Shown piece after piece: positions 1-9,703 of a DNA stretch of 64,000 nucleotides. Made by a program: the position numbers and the translations under genes. The DNA is from Callorhinchus milii (Eukaryota): assembly GCF_018977255.1 (NCBI RefSeq), contig NW_024704756.1, positions 16,678,001 to 16,742,000 of the forward strand, in the 5' to 3' direction. Numbering within the stretch: position 1 is the stretch's first letter; each line of letters begins with the position of its first letter. The notes under the pieces are model-generated. The model was not told the DNA's origin and ran no database searches. It saw nothing but the letters and a program-made list of their open reading frames with translations.

Positions 1-231
1 AGAGAGAGAGAGAGAGAGAGAGAGAGAAACTCGCTTCTCTTTTCCAACAGCCCCGCGGGATCTTTAACATCCACCTGAACCGGCGCAGACAGGGAGTGAG
101 GTTTAATGCGCTCAGCTGTGAATTTCAGGTATTTCACAGACAATTATTCCCGACGGAAAAGTCCTCTGCGCTCCCTCTCCGTACCCCTCCCCCCCCCATC
201 CCCCACCCCACAGGCCAACCTCACCCGTTAC

Positions 232-1085
232 CTGGAGGTTTGATTCCCAACTGGTCCTTCAGGTAATTCATGAATACGAGCAGACCACAGTTGGGGTTAG
301 CAAGAAAATACTTGTGCTCTGTAATTACAAGAGAATCCACACTGACTTCACAGTCACAGGAACGGTGAATTCGTAATAATAACAATAATATTCCTTACAT
401 TTGAATACAGCGCCTGATAACGTCATTGAGGTGTCTCAAAGCTCTTCACAGAATATACTATCAAGTGGATTGACTGTTTATTTTGTGGGCAAAACCCGAC
501 AGCCAATTGCACCCAGTGGTTAGTTAATTAATGAATGAAGTAAGAAGCTTCAGCTCACAAATTACTTTGCTACTTTGACTGCACTTTTGGTCATCTTTCA
601 TCTCAGGAGGACGTCTCGAAGCACTTCACACAGTTGAAAAGAGACGAACGAACGAACGAACGAACAAACAAACAAACAAACAAAGGAGGAAATACAAATG
701 TGCCGAATTGTGGTTAACAAATGAAGGAAAGGCGTCCAGGAGATAAGTGAGGCATTTATGTTGGGAAGAGAGTGAGAGGGACACACACACACACACACAC
801 AGAGGTAAAGAGGGGGAGAGAGACACACACACACACTATTTTCATATCCACAATGGCGCTGGTCGCAGGCAGTGGGCAGGTCGGTGAGTTCTCTCGCGTA
901 GATTTTGTTTTAAACCCACGTAACGTTTGGAAGCGCTTGTTCTGAGGCCGTGACCTTCGATGACCGTTCAGCCGGTGGAGAGGTTTGGTCGGGTTTGGCT
1001 GTTGGCGTTTTGGCTGCAGTGACTGATGTCCCCGGACCCCGCGAGGTGAGGTGAGCTCACCTCCGTACCAGACATAGATGAACAT
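232..1085 (-). CDS. CXorf65: CXorf65 homolog (CXorf65/C22orf15 family), coding exons 1-2; gene continues off the left edge
   Basis: Exon 1 is 1085-1061 (25 nt, MFIYVWYG, donor GAG|gtgagc). Exon 2 is 318-232 (87 nt, acceptor tacag, donor gtaacg). Spliced: MFIYVWYGEHKYFLANPNCGLLVFMNYLKDQLGIKPP, which aligns with human CXorf65 [37 protein letters not shown] (recalled). It lies on the same strand as, and downstream of, IL2RG, as in human Xq13. Confidence 0.8.
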
Positions 1086-1734
1086 GTTGTGGCGGCAGGT
1101 TTTGCCTCTGTGCCGGACTTTTCTCTCCTTGGCGGCTCTCAGGGGCTCAGGCCTCCTGTTTCGAGCCGCCATCACGACGTTTGTGACCTCAACGGCTTCG
1201 TGAGGTCATCGGTGTCGCAGACAACAATCACCTTCGGGGGCGGTTAAGCTCAGAGTAAACGCGCACCCGGGCGTTCTACACACGCCCGCGCGCCCGCGCA
1301 CGCACGGACACGCCACTCGCATACCCACCACACACGAGCGCGCGCCAAGCACACGCGCACCGGCTGCCCTGTTACACCCACAAACAAAACACACGCAGTC
1401 ACTCCACTTTACAGTGTATCCTGTGAAGTGCTTTGAGACGTCTCCAAGACGTGATGAGGCGCCGGGTCGAGCGCGAGGAGTATTATCGTTATTATATTGT
1501 TATTTACAGTCGTCCTCCCTGGTTCCTTGCGCCAGCGGGCGAGGGGGGAGGGGGGGGGGGGGGGGGGGCGCGGAGCGAGGGGGGGTTTTCCCCCTTCGGG
1601 AAGAATTCAGGGAAAACATGGAGCTGGAGCCGACGGTTCTGGGATCAGATGACAAAACATTCCAGCAATAGGGTGGGACCCGGCGGCCGAACGGGAAGCA
1701 AAGTCCAGTGATTTTTTTTGCACTCTCTTTCTTT

Positions 1735-1797
1735 CTCTCTCCTTCGAACACACGGAAGGAAAACCCAATCCTCTCTCTCTCTCTCTCTTCTCCCTCC

Positions 1798-1829
<32 letters not shown>

Positions 1830-2812
1830 GCGCACGCTCTCTCGCTCTCTGTGGAAAGCGTAACGGAACCTCGATCGGGAACGCAGGAGAATAGGGAACT
1901 TGAGAACTAGAGAGAGAGGGAGTGAGAGAGAGAGAGAGAGAGAGCGATGTGTAACAGCGAGATGGGAGGAGCTCCTCTCTCAAACACCACCAGCCGGTAA
2001 AGCAGAGAGAGAGTCCAACGATATTTTTGTTCTCTTTCTCTCTCTCTCTCTCTCCCTTTCGAACACCGCAAGAGGAAAACCACAATCCTCTCTCTCTCTC
2101 TCTCGCTCGCTCTCTCTCTCTCTCTTTTTCCCTCTTCTCCATGGACGCTGCTTGACCTGCTGTGTGTTTCCAGCGCCGTCTGTGTTTGCAGCAGAGCAGA
2201 GAGAGGCCGGGTTTGGTTCAGGGGGTCGGGAATGGTTGGCGAGCGCTCAGCGGGAGGACAGAGCTTCCTGCAGCTGTGTGTCCTCATCTGGTTGTTGACC
2301 GCACAATCCGCAGAGATCAACACACGGCCCGACTGTGAGTAACCGCTTCGCGCTTCCCTTTCTGACGGGGGATTTTTTCTCGTCGTTGGGGGAAAAAAAT
2401 TTGGTTCTTCTTTTTTTTTTGCTGCTTTTCTTCTCTCTCTCCCTCTCTTTCTCGCTCTGTTTCTCTCTCTCACTCTCTTTCTCATTAGCTCTCTGTTTCT
2501 CACAGTCTCACTCTCTTTCTCTCTCTGTCTCTCTCTCACTCGCACTGTCTCAACAACAACAAAATTACATTTATAGAGCGCCTTTCACGTCGGGAGGACG
2601 TCTCACTCTCTCTCTCTCACTCTCGCTCTCTCGCTCTCGCTCACTCTCACTCTCGCTCACTCTCGCTCGCTCACTCTCGCTCACTCTCTCTCGCTCTCTC
2701 TCGCTGTCACTCTCGCTCTCTCTCACTCTCTCTCGCTCTCTCTCTCGCTCTCTCACTCTCTCTCGCTCTCTCTCTCTCACTCTCACTCTCTCTCGCTCGC
2801 TCTCTCTCTCTC
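1735..2812. repeat. (CT)n/(CTCA/CTCG)n microsatellite complex with short local duplications
   Basis: Long CT/GA runs seen directly. The motif 'ttcgaacac..gaaaac..caatcctctctct' occurs near 1742 and near 2057. Confidence 0.9.
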
Positions 2813-2818
2813 GCCCGG

Positions 2819-2846
2819 TCTGAGAATTCTCAGAAACTTGACTTCC
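2819..2846 (+). promoter_or_regulatory. Candidate promoter elements of the IL2RG-like paralog: STAT GAS site and ETS core
   Basis: TTCTCAGAA at 2827-2835 overlaps the 16-bp palindrome TCTGAGAATTCTCAGA. ACTTCCG follows, just before ATG 2855. Motif match only. Confidence 0.35.
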
Positions 2847-2854
2847 GACGGGGA

Positions 2855-2942
2855 ATGGAAGGCAAAGTGCTGGAAATTTCTAGAAGCTTTCCGTCACTGT
2901 TGTTTTCCTTTCTTTGGCCCAAGGGAAGCTCCGAGGCTCTGG
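2855..2942 (+). CDS. Candidate signal-peptide exon 1 of the IL2RG-like paralog
   Basis: MEGKVLEISRSFPSLLFSFLWPKGSSEAL loosely parallels the IL2RG leader (..[13 protein letters not shown]). It ends in phase 1 as required, but the donor (G|gtgtaa) is weak. Confidence 0.35.
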
Positions 2943-3564
2943 GTGTAACCAGTGAAACCTGTTGGTTCAGGACAGAGGGGCGGGAGGAGTGTGTGGGCTT
3001 TCTGTATAGAATAACATATACTCCTGGAGGCGAACCCAGGGGTTCAGCTGCTGCAAATGCAAATACAGTACTATTATTATTATCAATTGTAGATCCTCAC
3101 ACTCCATGCCCTGGCACCTCCCTACCTCTCCCACCTGCTTAGCCCCCAACCCACCACCTGCCGCCTCTGCTCAGCCAACTCCAGGCTCCTGTCCATCCCT
3201 CGTCCCCTCCCCTCCACTCCACCATCGGTGGCCTCCAGCCACTTACGCCCCGAAACTTGGGAACTCTCTCCCTCAATCCCCTTCCACCTTGCCCGTTCCT
3301 TCCCCCATTTTCAGATCATACCTATGGTCACCTCCTCCCTCCCTCCCTCCCTCCGGCCCCCCCCCCCCCCCCACCCCCCCACCCCCGGCTCGGTGTCAGG
3401 CTCCGTCTGCCACTGTTAAGCCCTCCAAGACGCTGCCCGGGGTGAAAGGCGCTGTATAAAAGCAAGTTGTTGTTGTGTTATTACAGGTTAAATCATTCTG
3501 TAAAGGTAGTTTCAGTGATGGTCAACCAGACCAATAGCACTGCCATGTTACAGAGGGACGGATG

Positions 3565-3960
3565 TCATTTTCTCAGTATGTTTGAACTTCCTGCAGTAAC
3601 TATTTTTGGCAGCATGTTGATGTTTTGTTCACCAGTTATCTTGTTGAGCCTTTTCCGAATAGTCTTATTCACAGTCCCAGCAGCACCGATTAGTATAGTA
3701 ACTGTCTTTTATACACGGCCTTCATATTTTAAGGTTATTGTTATTATTTTTATTATTATAACGTCCGCATTCAATTTGCAGGTCAACATATTTCCTAGTT
3801 TTCTCTCGTTCCTTATTTCTTACATCGTAATCAATAATACTACACGTACAATCTAGTTGTTTTTTTGATGATAGTATCTGCTTGTTACAGATTACTGTCC
3901 TGTCTGCGTGTACCTGTGACTCCCAAATCCCTGATGACTTTCCTAACTCAGTGCCGTGTT
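3565..3960 (-). mobile_element. Decayed C-terminal restriction-like endonuclease region of an R4/Dong(Rex6)-type non-LTR retrotransposon
   Basis: Minus-strand pieces read IWESQVHADRTVICNK..IIDYDVRNKEREKTRKYVDLQIECGR and KTVTILIGAAGTVNKTIRKRLNKITGEQNINMLPKIVTAGSSNILRK*. These match the recalled W-D..TD..NRPD..IID..KE.EK..KY.DL..E..R..IVIGALG..LQK..LLG...ILR pattern. Frameshifted. Confidence 0.65.
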
Positions 3961-4109
3961 TGGATATACGTCGCATTCGCGACAGTTCTAGATTCTAAAC
4001 CGCTTCAATCCACGACTGTTTGGCTGCCCCATTTTGGCCACAAAACATACATTCAGTTCACTTCATAGTATATCCTGTGAAGGGCTTTTGAGACGTTTCG
4101 AAGACGTGA

Positions 4110-4435
4110 TAATAATAACAAGAATAATCCTCGCATTTGATCAAGCGCTTGTCACATCTTCGAGACGTCTCAAAGCTCTTCACAGAATAGACGGTGAATT
4201 GAATTGACTGTACATTTGTGGGTGAAACGCGGCAGCCAATTGTGCACAGCAGCGTCCCCACAAACAGCCGTGGATTGAAGTGACCAANTTTTTTTTATCA
4301 GTGGTTTTTTTTCTTGAGGGATTATTATCAGGGTTGTGGAGTGAGGAAACTTGCCCGAGGTTTCGCCCTGACTGTGAATCGACCTCAAGTGTCTCACTTG
4401 CGAGGCGAGTGCTCTAACCGCTGAGCTACAGGATC
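4110..4435 (-). mobile_element. tRNA-derived Deu-type SINE
   Basis: tRNA-like head (ctgtagctcagcggttagagcactcgcc..), Deu core (gctgtttgtggggacgctgctgtgcacaattggctgccgcg) and tail ending in gcgaggattatt. Confidence 0.8.
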
Positions 4436-4533
4436 CCTCAAGGTGCAGTGTCAAATGCAAGATTATTATTATAATGTTGATGATGGTGATGTGAGCTCCT
4501 GATGGCTAAGCTCTGTGTTTGCGATCCCTACAG

Positions 4534-7500
4534 CTGTGGAGTGTATTTACTACAATGGTGAGGTTTTGGAGTGCACGTGGAGTCTGGCTGATGGCAATGT
4601 GAACTACACCATGTACTACTGGTGAGTGTGGCTTTGACACTGAGTCGGAATCTCCCCGAGAGCAGAACTTCTCAAATCAGGTTTTCCTGCTTCCTGTAGG
4701 TTTGTCCCATGTGTGTCGGCTTGGCCCAGTGGTAGCCGCTCGTCTCTGAGTCACAAGCTTGTGGCTTCGAATCCCACGTCAGGACTTGACCTCGCACAGT
4801 CTAAGCTGACCCTCCAATGCAGCGCTGGGGTGTGCTGCGTTGTCGGAGGATGAGACATTCAATCGAGGTCCCGTCTGCCTGTTCGGGAAGATGTTAAAGA
4901 TCCCGCGGGGCTATTCGAAAAGAGAAGGGAGTTTTTCTCTCTCTCTCTCTCTCCCGGTGTCCTGGCCAACAATCCCCCAAATAAAAGTGGTCACTCACTC
5001 CATGGCTGTTTGTAGGATATTGTAGGACAGTGTGCTGAGTGCTGGGGTGGGGGAGAGAGAAAAGAGAATGTTCTAGAGCTTTGCCTGGGTGTAAAAGCCC
5101 TGATGTGAGACCCTGTCCCAAGTATGCAGGGAACTAATGGTCGAGTCTGTGAGAGAGATTTCGACATTGTCCAAGTCTTCAGCTGTAATCTACTCCAGGG
5201 AGTTAGAGAGTTTTTATTTATATATATATATATATATGTTTGTCTCAAGGTGTTTTAAAAAAAGGGAATGAGAATTGAATAGTCCCCCTGATCCTACTCC
5301 TCTCTAGCTCTGCGACTTCAACACCATAATCAACCTTTCTGCTTCCTCCATTCAGCAGACATTGGTTTGCTCCATGTCCCCCATCCTGCCCACCCCACCA
5401 TTGATTTATCTGCCCCCACCTCTGGAACTCCATCCCCGAATCTCTCCGCCTCGCCTCCTCCCTTGCCTTTTTCAAGGCCTGTCTCAAGACCTATCTCTTT
5501 AACCGTGTCACACTCCCACCCCTGCTCTCCCTGCCTTCCAACCCTCTTGATTCTCACCCCTCTGCAAACCCTTAACTGTCCAGCACCTTGAGACATCATC
5601 CGACGTGAAAGGTGCTGTAGAAATGGAACCTGTTGTTGTTGTTGGAATAGTAACTGTTGCACACCTTCTCTCCCAGGTACACATCAGAACCAGCTGAGGA
5701 ATGTGGCTCCTACATCCAGCAGGACGGCTACAACATTGGCTGCAAGTTCACAAAGGACAAGATCCGGGAGTTTGTGAATTTTCACGTGCACCGGATTGGG
5801 ATCAATGGCTCGGAGAGCGTGTTCCCCCCCAACCAAACCTTCCAGCTGCAGGACCAAGGTACGGGGGACAAGAAAGGCCTTTAACAGCACCTTTTGACCA
5901 TCGCTCGCAGCGCTTTGCAGGAGATTAACGTCAGGTGCAGTGACTGGGTTTGTTGGTAGGCGGCAATTTCGCATCCGTGAGATCACGCGAGGCGAATGCT
6001 GCGTTGACCTGGGGGATTGTTGGCCACACAAGTGGGGAGGACCTGCCTTTGCTTTTGTGGTGGTGCTGTGGGAACTTTGATGTGCAGTTAAAGAGGAGAT
6101 AGATGGGACCTGAGTTTAATGTCCTCATCTGTAGGATCGTACGCCCGACTACACAGCCCTCCCCCTCCCACCCCCCTCGCCAGCTCTGCACTGGCCACAA
6201 TCTTCCAGATTAAAAGGTTATTCACCTCATGGTGCTCTGTGGGCATTGGGTGGATTGGCTTATTCTGCGTGTGGTGCCAAGCACTTTGAGACATTCTGAC
6301 TGGTTACAAAAGGTGTAACAAACGTGCGAATGCCACGTTATGTATATAAATGGTATTGCGGCAACTTTCTCCTGGACGATGTGAGGCTTGTAGGAAACTG
6401 CCTGGAGTTTCGTTGCTTTCTCTGAATCTCGAGCTCGCGGAGACTTGGGTTAAATTCAGTTTATGGAACGTTCAGGTTATGTTTTTTCAGTGAAACCCAA
6501 TCCTCCGGCCAACCTGACCGTCAACGCCATGGCCAACAGCAGCATCTCCCTGACCTGGGAGGCGCCCATGATCCCACGCTGTCTACAGTACGAGATCAAA
6601 TACAGGAGCAACAAGGACAAAGACTGGCAGGTACCGCGAGCCAATTTACTCTTGCTTTCCTGCACGTATGAGTGTTAGAGTGATCCCAGCCAATACTCCA
6701 CCATTAACAACAAGTGGAAGCTCGTCTCGCACGTGAGAGGACCCGGGTTTGATTCCCGGGGCAGGGCAAATGTTTCCTTACTCCACACGCCCCTGTTTTC
6801 CCAGCAGTAAGTAGGAACCCGGCTGTTAGTCAATTGGTGGATCACTTTCTGGGGGTAATAATTCCTCCCCCCAAAAATGTGACTCAATTCACGATGGAGC
6901 CAGGCTGACCCACATTCTTGTTTCTTATCCACAGACAGAATATTGCAACGAACAAACAAAATTCACGTTGCCGAGCGTGAACCCAGACGACCTCTACGTG
7001 TTTTGCGTGAGAAGCAAAATCAACGATTTTTGTGGCCTGAGTCACCTGTGGAGTAAATGGAGCTCGCACATTTACTGGGGAGAAATCATCACAGGTAAAT
7101 TCCCCCCTCATCCCCCTGTTCACCAGTATCTGACTCCCCACGGAGTCACTTTGACACTGGGATCTAATGCGTTCACTTACTAGTTCCTTAATCAGAAATC
7201 CGTTACAATTCCTGACTCCGGGACCAGATCGTGTCACGGAGCAGTGCAGTTACACGCCTCCAGTTAATGTGGAAGAGATTGCCCCCTGTGTTCCCACAAC
7301 CCGGACTCCTTGTTGAGCAACATCTTTAATAAATAGTCCTGTAGGTTAGTGGTTAGAGTTCTCACCTCACAAACAAGAGAGACCTGGGTTTAATTCCCGG
7401 GCAGAGCAAAGCATTGGGCAAGTTTCCTTACTCCACACGCCTCTGTTTACCAGCAGTAAGTAAGAACCCAGTTGTTAGACGATTGGCGGATTGCTTTCTG

Positions 7501-9703
7501 GGGATAATAATCCCTTCAAAAGAACAAATAAATAATAACGTGGTCACTCAATCCACAACTGTTTGTGGGACGCTGCTGTGTGCAATTGGCTGCTGCCTTT
7601 TGCCCACAAAATATACAGTCACTAAACGTTACAGTATATTCTGTGAAACGCTTTGAGACGTCTCAACAACAAGATAATGTGCTATATCAAATGCAAGGAT
7701 TATTATATTATAATATTATTATTGTCTTACAGAGCCCGAGGAGAAGAATTTCTATTTCTGGATCCTGATCTCGATCCTGGCTGTTGTGGTGTTATTGCTG
7801 ATTATTCTGTGCCGGTTACAGAATAAAAGGTAAACTTGGTCTTGCTTTAGGCTCAGAAAGAGGCTGATTGAGGAACTTTGCATCGATTAGGTCAGAGACA
7901 GACATGACACCCCCCCCCCCACCCAGTGTTTCAGCCACTAAGCCCTGAAACTCTGGAACACTCTTCCTCTATCCCTCCGTCTTGCCCCTTCCTTCCCCCA
8001 TCTTCAGATTGCGCCTGGAAACCTTCCTCCTCGACCGTGCCTTCGGTCACCTCCCTCTCTCCCCCGGCTCGGCATTAATAATAATAATAATCCTTGCATT
8101 TGATATAGAGCTTTTCACATCTTCTCAACGTCTCAAAGCGCTTCACAGAATAGACTGTAAAGTGAAGTGACTGTATGTTTGTGGGCGAACGCGGCAGCCA
8201 ATTGCGCACAGCAATGTCCCACAAACAGTCGTGGATTGAAATGACCAATTTATTATTGTTTTTCTTGAGGGATTATTATCAGGCTGTGTGTGGAGTAAGG
8301 AAACTTGCCCAAGGTTTCACCCCCTGCCGGGAATCGAACCCAGGTCTCTCACTTGCAAAGTGAGTGCTCTAACCACTGAGCTACAGCTCTCTGTTTGTGC
8401 TCCTTACCTAAAATTAAAAAGATGTGGTCACTCAATCCACAACTGTTTGTGGGGACGCTGCTGTGCGCAATTGGCTGCCGTGCTCCGCCCACAAAATATA
8501 CAGTTAATTCACTTTAAGATATACTCCGTGAAGCGCTTTAAGAGGTCCCAAAGATGTGATAAGGCGCTATGTCAAATGCGAGGATTATTATTATTATTTA
8601 ATATAAATCCTGGCCCTTGGACTCGGGTGGAAAGGGCCTTCGTTTGTCTTGTCGTAAGGTTGAAAAATTGTTGCACCATTTCCAATCGAACGTGTCTCTC
8701 AGGTTACAGTCAATCTTTCGGACGTCGGGACCTGCTCCTGAACAAACAATTGTGCCCCTGATCGAGAAAATCAATCAAACCAACGGGACCATCAAGGTAC
8801 ATACAATAAGAAACTGTTATTATCTAATAATACAGGGCAATCATTCATTATACAATAACACAGGACAATACTAAGCCTTTGATCCAGGACATGTGGAGTC
8901 AGGATGGGTCACAATAAAAAGGGGTTCACACCCTTAACTGGTGTCAAGTTTAGTGATTGCGATCTGTAGCCAACAAATGCAGCAGCACCTTGCAGTCACA
9001 CAGGAGCTTTCATGTGGCGGTCTGGCTCAGTTGCAGCACTCTCTGAGGCAACAGTTGTGGGTTTGAGCCCCACGTCAGGACTTCAAGCTCACAGTCTCGG
9101 CTGACGCGACAGTGCAGTGCTCGGGGAAGCACTGAATTGTCAGGGTCACCCGTCCGTCAGGTGAGCTCCTGTCTGTGCTGCGGACGGTGAAAGTGGATGG
9201 TAAAGATTTTGCAGCGCTATTCAAAAAGAGAAGTGAGTTTCTCTCTCACTGCCGGTTTCCTGGCTGACAATTCCCCCAAATAAAACTAGTCACTCACTTC
9301 GTGGCTGTTTGCGGGATATTGCTGTGTGCAAAATTGGTTGTAAAATTTGCCTACAAAGTACAATCACGACCACGTGAGCTTCGAGACGTCCTCCTGAGGT
9401 GATAACAAATGGTTATATTTAGTCTTATGTTTGTGTGAAAGAAACTTTTATTAGAATGAGATAAAATGAAGAGAACCTTGTAGGGGGAGTGGGGTGGGGG
9501 GTGGGGGGGGGGGTGAAGGCAGGCAATTCATTTGAATTGGAAAGAAAGAGTGGGAGGAGGGAACGTCACCCAGGATAACTGGGAGAAGAACAGCAGTCAA
9601 ACAGGAGGAGCCTCCGACACAAGAGGGAAGAGGAAAGGAAAATTCTGATGTCTTTTTTCTCTCGGTGTGTTTTCTCTGCCAGGAAACTCAAGAGGTCCAG
9701 TAA
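4534..9703 (+). CDS. IL2RG-like class I cytokine receptor paralog with truncated cytoplasmic tail (exons 2-8)
   Basis: Exons: 4534-4621 ([23 protein letters not shown]), 5677-5858 ([22 protein letters not shown]), 6491-6630 ([25 protein letters not shown]), 6935-7094 (..[17 protein letters not shown]), 7733-7829 ([22 protein letters not shown]), 8703-8796 ([14 protein letters not shown]..), 9683-9703 (ETQEVQ*). All introns are GT-AG, the frame is open, and exon phases equal those of IL2RG. AATAAA repeats lie at about 9966-9990. Confidence 0.88.
4713..5030 (+). mobile_element. Older SacSINE1-like DeuSINE copy (further copies near 9015-9390, 45718-45960, 47675-48050, 58434-58730)
   Basis: Pattern gtcggcttggcccagtggtagc..tctgagtcacaag..gtggcttcgaatccc..ggatgagac..gttaaagatccc..ccggtgtcctggccaa. 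Family name from recalled consensus. Confidence 0.7.
7337..7722 (+). mobile_element. tRNA-derived Deu-type SINE immediately upstream of the paralog TM exon
   Basis: Head, Deu core and (TTA)n tail. The tail ends about 10 nt before the acceptor at 7732. Confidence 0.85.
8075..8385 (-). mobile_element. tRNA-derived Deu-type SINE, inverted relative to 7337-7722
   Basis: Reverse complement reads ctgtagctcagtggttagagcactcactttgcaagtgagagacctgggttcgattccc..Deu core..gcaaggattattatt. Confidence 0.88.

Noticed and set aside
853-890. ATGGCG..G|gtgagt mini-exon (MALVAGSGQV) as exon 1 of the receptor paralog
   Set aside because: Phase fits, but it encodes no hydrophobic signal peptide and lies within CXorf65 intron 1 on the opposite strand. 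Unsupported without transcripts.
1500-2823. RE/SL dipeptide-repeat ORFs
   Set aside because: Products of (CT)n microsatellites.
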